NCBI GenBank assembly: GCA_030141605.1
Contig: JAQGDQ010000246.1
Span: forward strand, 270,494 to 334,493
Source of the DNA: Tubiluchus corallicola
Lineage: Eukaryota > Animalia > Priapulida
Length of the DNA: 64,000 nucleotides
Reading direction: 5' to 3'
This document shows positions 10,900-23,400 of this stretch, piece after piece. The notes below the pieces were generated by a model, which saw only the letters and a program-made list of their open reading frames with translations, was not told where the DNA came from and searched no databases. The first letter of the stretch is position 1, and each line of letters starts with the position of its first letter. The translations under genes and the position numbers were made by a program.

Positions 10900-12424
10900 T
10901 ATTATATCCTTTTTTTAACTGGTCGTGAATTGCACTCACTTCAAACTCAAGTTAATCTTGAATTAAAAAAGGTTGATACCTGGATGCAGACTAACAAGTT
11001 GTCAGTTAACTACACGAAAACCAAATATATGCTGATTGCAAAAAAAACAAACAGATACGCATAAGAATTTTACAGTAGAAATAAATGATAGGACAATCAC
11101 ACAAACTCACTACATAAAGTACTTAGGACTTCATATTGATAATAAACTCTCGTGGAAGACGCACATACAAACCATTAATCAGAAAATTAGCAAAACATCT
11201 GGTATCTTTTTCAAACTCAATTTTTTGAGTACCTACATTCTGAAAATTCTCTATTATTCCCTTATCTATCCATATCTCTATTATTGTATATTATCCTGGG
11301 GAACTGCCAGTGTCTCTTCACTCAAACCTTTGATAGTCGCACAAAATAAAATTATCAAATGCATCACACGAGTAAAAAAGTTTGACCATGTCACACCATC
11401 TTATGTGCAGTTAAATTTACTCAAACTTAAAGATATTTACCAATTAGAACTTTTCAAATTCATGCATAAATACAGTTTTGGTACCTTGCCCGAACTATTT
11501 AAAAACTATTTCACCAGAATTGTAGAAATACATCACTATTCAACACGTGCTGCTGCTAGAGGAGATTTTTATCAGGACAGATACTTCACTTCTTTTGGGC
11601 TAAGCACCTTAAAATATAACGGCACAGTGCTGTGGAATAAACTTCCAAGAGAATTCACTAGCAATTCCTTCTTTAGATCAGCTACTCGAAAATTTCGTTT
11701 ACACTTACTTTCGCATTACTGTTCTTCATAAACTTACAGATATTTTTTCTATTTTGATAATTTGCAGCATACACAAATATGTGAAAATAGTGCTTTATGA
11801 TAGGATAAATCTGTCACAAGTTTATTATCTAGGAAAATATCATATTCGTGTATTTATTAGGATACGACTGCATGAATTGCAATCACTAATTAGTCAGCAG
11901 TATCAATTTTCGGTATATTACTCAAACTTAGCTGATCTTATTTATTTTGCTTTTGTTTTGTTTATTAATCAGACACATTTGTTATTATTTTAATGCATGC
12001 ATTTTGCAGTTAGTTAATGCATTTATTTTGCTTTTGTTTTGTTTATTAATCAGACACATTTGTTATTATTTTAATGCATGCATTTTGCAGTTAGGTTCAG
12101 TTCACTATTTTGAAAGTTTATTTAAATTTCTGTCTGGCCAGCTTACTTTTCACTTCATTTAATTTGTTTTTTATTATGTTCATTTAATATTATTGTTATT
12201 ATTTTGCATGTTTTTCTCATTCTGAGTTATATATCATATTTTGATAGCTTCAGTGTCATCTCACTAATTACATACATCCATTGAAGGGTGGCTTGACTAG
12301 TTGACCTTCTTGGTCTTTCGCCATCCTATTTCCATTGTAATAATTAAACACATTTACTTGCTCAATTATATAATGAATATGGAAATAAAATGCACGTTTG
12401 AATTGAATTGAATTGAATTGAATA
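10900..12424 (+). mobile_element. 5'-truncated CR1/L2-group LINE (ORF2 C-terminus, 3' UTR, (GAATT)n tail)
   Basis: ORFs 10822-11064 and 11036-11731 encode VNLELKKVDTWMQTNKLSVNYTKTKYM, IKYLGLHIDNKLSWKTHI, LYYSLIYPYLYYCILSWG, HHYSTR and GTVLWNKLP, with one frameshift. Stem-loop at 12283-12330, AATAAA and a GAATT-repeat tail at about 12400-12424. Confidence 0.9.
11940..12094 (+). repeat. Tandem duplication, 2 x ~74 bp (period 81) in the LINE 3' UTR
   Basis: ATTTATTTTGCTTTTG...CATTTTGCAGTTAG occurs at 11940-12013 and 12021-12094. Confidence 0.9.
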
Positions 12425-12465
12425 TTATAATGCTATGGGACGAGGAGATTCCTGAGGCAATCTAG

Positions 12466-12492
12466 TATAGTAGTAGTAGTAGTAGTAGTAGT

Positions 12493-12523
<31 letters not shown>

Positions 12524-12577
12524 ATAGTAGTAGTAGTAGTAACAGCAGCAGCAGTAGTAGCAGCAGCAGAAGTAGTA
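12466..12577. repeat. Compound (AGT)n/(AGC)n microsatellite
   Basis: Visible runs of TAG/CAG triplets. Confidence 0.95.
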
Positions 12578-14280
12578 GGTATTCGAGGACCACTATTAGA
12601 TTCGCTAAAAAGCTATTTAGATAATCATCATCAAAGAGTTGTCATCGAATGCTGTGCCTCTGAATGGAAGCACAGGGAGGTAGAAATCCCCCTAGGATCA
12701 ATTCTTGGTCGATTGTTGTTTCTGATATTCATTATTGACATATCTGCAAACTTGAAAAATACTGTTCACCTGTTTGCACATGATTCTAACTTACTTTGTC
12801 CTTCCAAAAATATTAACGTTGCAGTTGATAGTTTGAATCTTGACCTTACAAAAATTCAAATTTGGTGTTCCAGGTGGGGAATGATAATCAATGTTCATTA
12901 AAATATAGCAATTTTGTACTCGCTCAAAATAGTCCCATCAAATCTTAGAGGTATATATTTTAGCAATACTGAAATTGAAGTAGTCGATAAATTAAACCAT
13001 CTGGGCATTATTTTATTCTTGACTCGAAACTTCCTTGGAAGCATCATGTAAATTATATAGAAAATAAAGCTAATAAGATAATTGATATTTTTCACTAACT
13101 AAAATATAAACTATGTATCTTTAACTTGATCACTTTGTATAAGGCATTTGTTAGACCTGTTATAGAATATGGTGTTATAATTTGGTCAAATTGTTCAACA
13201 ACAAATTTCATTTGAATTGAAAGAGTGCAATATCGAACTATGGTGTTAATGTCTGAGGTAGGTGATGAAGGGGTAGAGCCAACAAAATCTTAACTCAATG
13301 TGCTTGTTTTAGTTTGCCACCATTCAAAATGAGGAGTGAACTTCAAACCGTTCGAATAATCCATTAAATATATTATAATCAGGCTCCTCAATACTTGATT
13401 GAAATATTAAATGAAATTCGTCCTAACAACCACTATGCTCTACGTAACCCATTTCTTTTAAGGCTTACACGACAGCTGTATAATAGTTTTTTCCCAAAAA
13501 GGCATTCGCCTATGGAATACTTTACCAATTGAAAACAGACTGACTTAGGATTCTCCATTTTCATTTAGAAGTAAATTGTTGAACCTATGGGAACTTCGTA
13601 CTAAATCAGTTTGCCCCCATTAAATCAAATAGATTCATTGCCAAATTATCGCAATTAGAAAGCAATCTGTTTTCCAAGAATATGATCGATCACCTTTCGT
13701 GTAGCTGCAACAATTCGACTGAGAGTCTCGCCATTATTTTTTAGTGTTCAAGCTATGACATTCACAGAACATAATTTATTGGATCAGCTCTGTTATTATC
13801 GACACCTAACTCAAGAACTAGACGCCAACCCTAGACCCGCTATTATTTACAGCGACATTTTTCATAAACTCAGATCAGGTCATCCATCCATTGTCATTCT
13901 CTTTAAATTGTTGCAGAACTACATAAAGTCTACTATAAACGATTTTTTATTGATTGTACGTGTAATTGTATATTGAATTGTAACCTGAATTATTTTGAAT
14001 TTTGGAGTTTTGAATTAAACACTAGTTATTGAGCAATCATACTTTTATATAACTAATAGGATGATGACAATGATAATTGTTTCTGGTATCACTTCTGTAC
14101 TCTGTGAGTTTGTGTATTTCAATTTTAAGTGTTAACTAATGAATTACTCGTGTTTTTGAACTAGCTATCTGTGTAATTATATCGTTGATAACCAGTTGTA
14201 TATACCTGTTCTGAACTAAAATGTATTTGATGCACAGTGGAAAAACTCCGATCAGTAATATGGCACTTAAAATAAATAAA
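12578..14280 (+). mobile_element. Degenerate CR1-like LINE fragment (RT core to 3' end)
   Basis: GIRGPLLDSLKSYLDNHHQRVVI...IPLGSILGRLLFLIFIIDI...VHLFAHDSNL is a decayed PQGSILGPLLFLIFIND / LFADD RT segment. LYKAFVRPVIEYG follows at about 13135, then a CSC-type C-terminal motif at about 13700 and AATAAATAAA at about 14272. Many stops and frameshifts. Confidence 0.8.
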
Positions 14281-15299
14281 GTTCATATATAAGATTAGAG
14301 TCTCCAGACTTACCAACAGGGAGGCAACTAATAACAAATATCAAGACCAAAGAGCTTAAAGCCAATAAACGGCTCAAACAGCGTAGAAGCAAGTTAGTGC
14401 GACCAAGATGAACGAGTTTTAATGCACAGATAATCATAAAGCGCCATAAGATACGTTTTGAAAAAGTTGTTTCTTGTACTACCTTTGTACTCAGCTAAGC
14501 TTTTATCATATAATGTTTGATTCTCTTTAACTTCTAGTATTATTATTTCCGTTTCACTAACAATTGTGCAATGTGCACTTCATAAACATGTGTGGAGAGA
14601 TTTCTTTGTTTCTGCTAAAGCAGCGCGTTTGCTGAAAATGTATTAACAAAGCCCACTTTTGACTGGTTGTTCACTGGAAGACCGCACGTTTTTTGCGAAA
14701 AAAAAAACGCTTAGAGAGCAATTAGACGGGAAACCGCTCGGTCGATCATTTGGCCGGGCGCGGTTTCCCGTCTTATGTACAAACAAGCCATATGATGCAG
14801 AGAAATCATCAAACGTGACAATACGAAAAGTGAAGCATATTGGCTCAACTAATATGCTACTGTAAAAAACGCTAACAGTTAGCACAAGTCTTACAAGTTT
14901 CCTCTACTACTAGATGTGTAAGTATGGCGTGTGACAATTTTAAAAATTTCAATTCTAGCGGTTTTACATCTACTTTCATTTCTAATACTAGACTTCTAGA
15001 CTGCCAAAATGATGACGGATGCACCGTAGTACGCAAAAACAGACAGAAATGTTCAGCACCAATAAGTGAGCGCATCAGACATCTTTCAAAGAAAGCCATT
15101 GGTTTGACAGAGTCGTTTCTGAAGACCTTTAGAGTAAGGAAATCCATATAAGAAGCAAACAGCATAATTATATCGGGGATTAGTCATATGCGTGCACATA
15201 GACTAAATTACCAAAGAAAAAAACAGGATTGATCATCGATCATTGATCTGCATTAGGAGACCTATACTGCAGGGTTTTTTTTGTAGATAGATTTGAGGG

Positions 15300-15445
15300 A
15301 GTGTGCATCCCCATCACAGGCTGAAGCAGTTCAAAGTTTCAGAGTAGTTTGGCGTCGAAAGGTGTGATGTAAGATCGTTTAGAATTTTCAAGCACCTTAC
15401 CAATCAAAAACTGAACAGGATATGATGATGATGATGATGATGATG
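15300..15445 (+). mobile_element. Possible RTE-like LINE 3' terminus with (GAT)n tail
   Basis: (GAT)7-8 microsatellite at about 15420-15445 after a GC-richer stretch, a pattern typical of RTE 3' ends. No clear coding remnant. Confidence 0.35.
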
Positions 15446-16223
15446 TAACAAGTTCCCGTTAATTAATGAAAAAAATTTGTTTACAAAACTTGATTTTGCG
15501 AAATTTAGTAATAAAAATGTTAATATAGTAGCATCGTATAAAATGATTGGTAAAAATTTCAATTGTTACTTTGAGATATCAATACAATATGGTAATTTAT
15601 CTGCAACTATCTGCAAACTATTTTCAAATTCAGCATCTTTCACCATAAGAGTGAAAAAAGTTATTAATTAAATAAATTAACCTGGTACAACATCGATCAC
15701 AATAAAATTAATCTTAACTATGAAAAGTGAAATTAATAAATCTATGCAACTATCATTATGACATGGCATTTAATCTAACAACATGTGTCAGCCTATGACT
15801 TTTGCTTTTCAATATTTTATTCAGTTATAAACAACTAGAGGCTTAAAAATTATAGTTAAAATTATCATGTATTTAAGTAAAAATTATTATTATGAATAAT
15901 TAGGTAATATAACACTTGTTAACTAATTCAAAGTGAAAGGTTACTGTATGTCATAATTTAGTAAAGCAGATTATTGGAAAGAACATGAAATGTTTCCAGT
16001 TTCTAGGTGCTGCGCATTATTTTCATTGACATAATAATTATCGTAATTATAATAATAAGTCATGAAAACTTTCAGTTCCGTAACTAATTAAAGCACCGGC
16101 AAAAAGGTGGCAGTACAGTCGTCAAGTTAAGCAGCGTCAGCATTATGGCGTTATAGGCTTGTTTGTGCATAACTCAGTTTATCGGGTTTTTGTAATAGAT
16201 CAGTAGCAAACATTTCATTTAAA

Positions 16224-19200
16224 ATGCTGATTCCTCAGTTCTTACGTTTCTGTGCCTTAGTAGTAATGTTTTGGTTTAAGTCAATACATGGAAATACTGA
16301 CTTAGAATTTGACGAAGTTACTTGTGGCTCCGTGGTGAAGTTAATGAACACTAACCACAGGTGGGTACTAGGTATTGATCCCCCTTATTGGGCGATCATA
16401 AAAAGACACACAGTTAACTTTGTCGGATCTGTTGAAACTGGAATACTTGTCAACAAAACTTGAAAGAGGCAATAAAAAACTACAGTAGGTTAGCTAAGTT
16501 ATCTAAATTTTGCAGAACAAATGGCATTGGGCACTTTGCTGGTGGTAGGGCTATTAACTATGTTCTCTGTTGTGGACGCAGTCAAGCTAACGACCGGTAC
16601 CAAAGTCATTTTTTCTCAAAAGCTGAACTGATACCAAACGGAAAATTCACACACTGATGTAACTTTGTGTCTATAAATTTGTGCTGATAAAATACAAATT
16701 TTATTTTTATAAAAACAGTAAATTTGTTGCAACGGCAGTGAGAAAGGAGTAAAAACACAAAATTTTCTGGGAAACATTTTAAATTATTGTAGCTACGTAA
16801 CAGGGATAAAAAAAATTGGCTGTAACGGTGTCATCTGTCTACTCTAGACTGCACAGTGTATGCAGCAAGTGAAGACGTGATTGACAATTGTAAATGCTGT
16901 TTATGATTTTCTAGGCATGACAGTAAAAGATAGCAAAACAATTCGCTTAAGTAATTTGAGTACATGCGCTCACTAAAGTTAGTTATGTTTAGTAACTTTA
17001 ACTACTTTTTCTGATAAGGTATTTCTGTATTTTATTATTTATATCAGTCAGATATCGTCACAGTACCACGTTTATAGTGCCACCTCATTTAATGCCCAAA
17101 TTTTTAACAAAACAAAATACCTATATTTGCATAGACATGTACATGTTTGCATTAGTGCACCTCGTTATATTGCCAAACACTAAACACCAACAGTTCGGCT
17201 ATACATAATTTTTAAGGCACAGTTTGTGGCAGTAAAACCAAAATTTCAGCACCAGCATAGAATAAATATCGGAAATCAGAATCGAACCAAATACTTTAGT
17301 TATTGGTAACCAAAACTATCAGTTCGGTAACAACCCTGTTATATATGTGCTTGCTTAGCAAAATCACCCACAAGTCGGCAACTAAGCCTTTCTAGTTATT
17401 CACATATTCTGAATCTCATGAGGATCATTTTTATACCAAACTCAATGCTCTGTTTTATTTCTAAGCTGAGATAATCCTAGTTGAAGTCGAAGTGCACACT
17501 GCGCACTGAAAAACATAACCTTGAGAAAATCACTATCAAAGTTAGCTATTGTTTTTTGTCGCGTTTCTATAAAAGCTTAGCAACCGTATGAAAGGTTGGT
17601 TGCTATGGATTTTGCAAGAACACCCTGAAGTTATGTTTAAATCCAGTAAATGGCACTTCCTGATGAAGAACTGGGCTTGGTGACAAAAAAAACTGGAAGC
17701 AAAATTACTGCTTCCACGAGCTATTATCAGAGTTTGAATATAAAAGTCCAATATATTTCGCATTTGTTTTGATAAAAACAAAAAATTGACATTTGACCAA
17801 ATTTTTGGTGTTTCTGCTTTGAAGCATCATTAACGCAGTTTTAACTATGCTGTCTTATGGACGGTTTTGGTTTGTAAGCACATGTATAGTGACTGCACAA
17901 ATGATTGCTTATTTAGTGTGTGTTCTGAAAATAATTTGTTTGTCTTACCCCATCAGCTCAAAAGATGCTAGTAGGGAGGGAGGAAAAATAAACCTGAATC
18001 ATGGAATATTAAAATCATTAGCAATCAAAGTTTGTTTATTTCCCACTGGTTAGCAGTAATTTTTAAATTTTTTCAATGCACATTTTTTCACGCTTTGTTT
18101 TTTAGTTTCGCTTTACTAAATCATCGTATAATTATCGATTATTGTATAGTCTCTTTTTGGTATCATAACTGTTCTGATAATTATGATATTTACGGCAACA
18201 CTACTTAGTCATTAATACACTGATTTGGTAGAAAATTCGATACTTTCTAGCCTCTAAAACAATGAGCATCATACAAAATGGCAACCCTGGCCAAGAGTTA
18301 GCCGTGGAAAAACATGGTCACGTCCTGTGTTCTCTGAAAGAACGGTGTTATACTGCTTATTGCGTTTTACGTTTTAAATTTAAAAAATACGCTTTTATGA
18401 CCACGTCAAGTAAGTATTAAAACGTACAAAAATATTAGAAAATTCCCGGCCGAGTGCGCAATAAAAAATATTATCTGGGCGATTAAACGGAAACAGAAGT
18501 ATTTTTATTATTGGCCCTATTGTTTATAACACACATTGGACATGGCTCATGCTAATGCAGGATGCAAATTTAATATTTATCGTGCACTTTCATTTAGGAG
18601 TTATATAATTGTACTAGTGCTGCCACCTATACTTCAATTTCTTTATTATTATCTGGAAGATTTGCTTTAATTTTTTTATTTAACGATATTGTTTATAATC
18701 TATCCTAACTTTAGTTTTGTTGCCACCAGTTAAAAAATTGGGAAGAGGTGTTGAATGACAATTTAATCGATTCTTTGTCAAGTCTTCCAAGCACTAATTT
18801 ATATAGGCCAGCCTGCATACATATTCAAAAAACAAGAGATCAAGTTTATGTCAGCAAGTCTTATACGAATACAGGTCTGACTGGAGCTGTGCATTTTGGT
18901 TTTGCAGAGCTAGGTTGCATTCTCATGATGTAAAGTATGGTTCGGGAAGTCAGCAACAGTCAGTAACAGCTGTTGATAATAGTGATGACCACAATAGTCA
19001 TTGGCAAATCATTGGTCCGCATAATTCGCATTGCAGTCGTGGTGAGCCAGTGAAGTGTGGAGATTCTATACGCTTATTACATGTAGCAACTGGTATGTTT
19101 AATTAATGTAACCTATTTACAGATTATTAACATTTGTTGCATTGTTATTATTTAAAAGAAACATAAGTGGTGAATTGACATACTTTTGAAAATTGCTAAC

Positions 19201-19931
19201 CAATGTCATTATAACTCTGACTATTTGGATGTGAGAAATATTGAGAATTACAACTAACAATGGATCAGGATCTAGTGAGTGTGTAGGATACAGCAATAAA
19301 ATGACACAACAGTAATGTAATGTTAAATTTCCTTATCCTAACTTGTGTATACTTTGTTAATTTTCTTTTGAACATTCTTTTTTGCAGTTATCTTGCATAT
19401 TTAGTCACACAATGCATGGAATAACTGTGGACACGGGGCAGTTTATTTGCACTGGGTTTAAGGGCATAATTGTGCCCGTTACTTCGAAACGTCAATATGT
19501 ACATTGTTTCACACAAGTAAGATATTCCAATCAGCCAGATATCTAAACTAAGTGTGAATAAATTATTTTAGCTGAGCACTTAAGTAAAATTATGTTTATT
19601 ATCTGTAGGTAAATATCTTCATAGTCATTTCTTCTCTTCTCCTCTTTCGCACAATTTGGAAGTGAGCTGCTTTGGTGAAGATGGCAAAGGTGACACAGGC
19701 GACAACTGGGTGGTAGTTTGTAATGGAGACACCTGGCAGCGCGATGAAACTGTGAGATTTCGACATAAGGACACAGATGCCTTCCTACACATAACGGGTG
19801 ATACATTTGGCCGACCAATCCATGGTCAGAAGGAAGTGTGTGGCTATGCTAATCCGCACCCATCTAACTACTGGAGGACCGTGGAGGGAGTTTATATGAT
19901 GCCAAAAAATTCTGACACCAGTGGATTGTAA
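16224..19931 (+). CDS. SDF2: Stromal cell-derived factor 2 family (SDF2/SDF2L1) MIR-domain ER protein, 3 exons, 214 aa
   Basis: Exons 16224-16360, 18908-19092 and 19609-19931 have GT-AG ends and matching phases. Spliced protein: signal peptide, VTCGSVVKLMNTNHRARLHSHDVKYGSGSQQQSVTAV...RGEPVKCGDSIRLLHVATGKYLHSHFFSSPLSHNLEVSCFGEDGKGDTGDNW...VRFRHKDT...FGRPIHGQKEVCG...WRTVEGVYM. Confidence 0.95.
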
Positions 19932-20491
19932 AGACTGGTCTGCCCGAGCATCTCTTGTGATTGGCAAAACAGGAGATAGCATCTTGCTGTTTACAACAGA
20001 CCGTGATGTAGAAACTTACTAGATCTGTGATTGTTTTGTTGTTGTTCTTTGTTAATTGTAAAGCTTGGAATGGGATTGGACATTTTCTACTTTTGCATTT
20101 AATAGAAATGTTTTATTATTTACAGAATTGAAGTGGACTTGTATACTTTGAAATGTAGTGTGTTTCCAAGACCAATACAGGAGAGATTTTAAAAAACTTG
20201 TCATACTAAAATAATCAGCTACAGTTTGGATATTACTTTCCAAGAGTTTATTTGACATAACTTAATTAAACATAATTAAAATTTTATCTGAAACGTAATT
20301 GTAATTACAACACAATGTGATATATCATTACAGTCGTTCAAAGTACAAAAACAGGAAATGTTCTCAATACAAATAAGGCAAAAACAGGAGCTGCAATACA
20401 ACAAACTTTACACCACCATTGTTTGTCCATTTACCTGCATCCTATAAACATACACTCATACTATGATTTGTCATTGTGTGGTTGTTTGATT

Positions 20492-23400
20492 TCATCTGCA
20501 TGCCCGGCGCCGTGGTTTCCCAGTATTTTGACTTGAACTGAAGAAACAAACCAGCATGAAAACACACTTAAAAGGTCAAATTCATTGCAATGCATGTATG
20601 AAAATGTAAATGTCTAACTGATTGTGAATTCAATTTCATTTCATGTGTTTCTTTATACAAACACACTGCCAACTGCCAATCTGTTTGCTATATCAAAAGT
20701 TACTTTACATTGTAAATTAACTGTACTGTTATAACTGTAATGCCAGCTGTTGCTTAATATGCAGTGATTTTCTACTTCAAAAATGTTTTAACATTGTTAA
20801 AAATAATCAATTACTAGGCATTAACAGACATTACTAGGTATAACAATTAAGTAAAAAATAACATACTGCGTAAGTGTCATATGGCAACATAACAAAGAAG
20901 TGAGAATTTTTTATACAGTGTTAATAAGTAAGCACTGTTTCTCTAGCACTTCTTGGCTCGAAGTTAATGTGAAGCAAGACAAATGTTTTTTAAGGTAAAT
21001 ACTTAACCTTTGCAGCCAAATACACCACCACAGCAAATAAAAAAAATTTAAAACTTTATTGTTAATCCAATTATTTAAGTCTTTCAATTGTTGATACAGA
21101 AATTGTAACTAACCTGTCACACATTAAGATAACTAAAGATTCCAATTTAAATTCCTTACTGACAATACCATACTAACATTACACTCAAATTTAACCTTTT
21201 GTCAACAATAAATATAGAACTTTGGCTAATAAAATTCAAAATTCAAGATTGAACTTGCATATTTAAAAAAAACTTAAAAAGTGAGTACATTATTTGTCTA
21301 TTTGCCTGTGTAATAACTACAAATCTTATAGTGGATGTAAATTACCTGCTCCGAGTGGGTTCACATTCTTTGGTTAAGCTAGCCTTACTTTCAGCTGTCT
21401 CAAAAACAAGAAAAATTTTTCTCCGGCTCAGATATGTGTAAACAAGGAACAGCATCACACCAAGAATAAATGCTCCAACAGTAGCACCCATAATGACATA
21501 GTCTTGTTCAGCCTGACCTCCTATAACCGAAACTGCAAACCTTGTCTCCAAAATGCAAAAGCTACAAAATTAGAAAAAAGAATCATTAATGCAGTTAATA
21601 CTAAACTATAAAACAGCAAGTACATCTGAAGTCTGAAAAACAATATAGCATATGAGTGACTGTATAAGACGCCCTGGCTTTTTCAATACAGGTTTGTGGA
21701 TATGAGGGTGAGTGGATACACGCACGCTTTCATGCGAATGGCATGTGTTCAATATTAGTTCCACCTGGGCAGTCTCATTTGTAAACCTTGCCTATTTGCT
21801 TGATAGAGAGAAGAAGTATATCCATCTGAACATGGTTGAGATTTTTCTGCCAATTCAGCGGCTCATCTTAGAGGGATATCCTTGATAGTGATCCAGGTTC
21901 CCGTCATGCCAAAAACATTTGCTGAGTAGACCCTGATGTTGACGCAGGTTTAAAGTGTGCAGAAGCTAAGTATTATAAGAAACACAGTTTAATTGAGAGT
22001 TGACTAGAAATGCCACTTTAACAAACTCACACATACCTGTAATTTGGATCAATAATCCTTGCTCTAAATACGTGAATTGTATTCTTATAGTAATTCCAAA
22101 TGATCGAAACTTTCATTGACGAATTTAAAATTTCGTGAGGTTGACTGTGGTCAAAATCACCAGGTGCCCAGTTAAAGCAGGATTTGTAAGTCTACAGACA
22201 GAAAAAACATTGGCAGTTGCCAACAATATAGGTGTAAATACTGGAATATTACATGTATCATGAATATGTGTTTAGATGCCAAATGAAGACAGTGAATTGA
22301 GCACTTACACCATTCACAGCCAAATGGTCTAAATGGTAACATACTCGACTGATTTGTATTCCAAAGTTCGTGGTTTTAATTTATAATTGAAATGAAAGTT
22401 GTCATTACACAATTTCAAGAGTTTATAAAAAATAATACAACATGTATATTACAAAAGCAGATATTTCGCCATAAAGTTAAAAAGTTAGAACAAAAATACA
22501 AATGGTTTTTTTGTGTCTTACACAAACATGTAAAAGCATAAAAAACAGAACATACAAATTTTCATGATATCACAGAACCATGCAAGTGACAATTGAGATG
22601 AATGGGCAACGGACTAACTTAATGTGATAGCCTAGAAGTCACAAAGCCAGTGTAACAGTAGTTATCGGCATCGAGAAATAATCCCATATTATCCAATGGT
22701 CAAGATGAGATCCAGGCCAGTGCAACTAATGAAATCCATGCGTAACATACCTATCTGTTATTATCACTTATATAATAGGAATTCAGTACTCGCTGCGAAT
22801 TACATGTACTATAAAATAATGCATACAGCTCTTATTTGAAAATGACTGACTCATTCTTGCCATTAAATGGCAACATGCAAGTGATATGCTATTGTATATG
22901 TAAGGAATACTTACACTTGGCATTCTAGCATTGTACACTTCTGAGATGTTATCAACTGTCCTCGCTGTTTGAGCCCAGGTTTGCCCTTCGCTTATGCAAC
23001 CCACATCACGCATAGTAGCATTGTACTTGAAATCCGAGCGATCAAGCACATCCCACAAAACAAAATCTGCAGAGACTTTTTTTACAAAGTCATCACCGTC
23101 GTACCTATTAACAGTATTTAAATACAAATTAGCCAGTTAGAACAAGTATTAACACAAGTAAGGATTGTGTTAATTAAACTTAAGTGTTGCTACTTGGAGA
23201 TTACAAAAAAATGCCAAACAAAACAGGTTATCAATATTTTCATAAACCAATCAAAAAAAGTATACACTATACACATATTATTAGTATCCAGATGACAGTT
23301 TTTGCTATTACACATTTGTCATACAGAGTAAAGTTTAAGCAGAAAGTTTCACATCTTACAATGTATAAAATTTGTACTTACAAATCAAATTCTGGAACAT

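Noticed and set aside
14643-15165. Cluster of 68-97 aa ORFs on both strands
   Set aside because: No recognisable domain or consistent splice structure; only the hairpin was kept.
22309-22350. Possible extra CATSPERE exon with GTAAGT donor
   Set aside because: 40 or 20 nt would break the frame between two phase-0 exons that already join cleanly.
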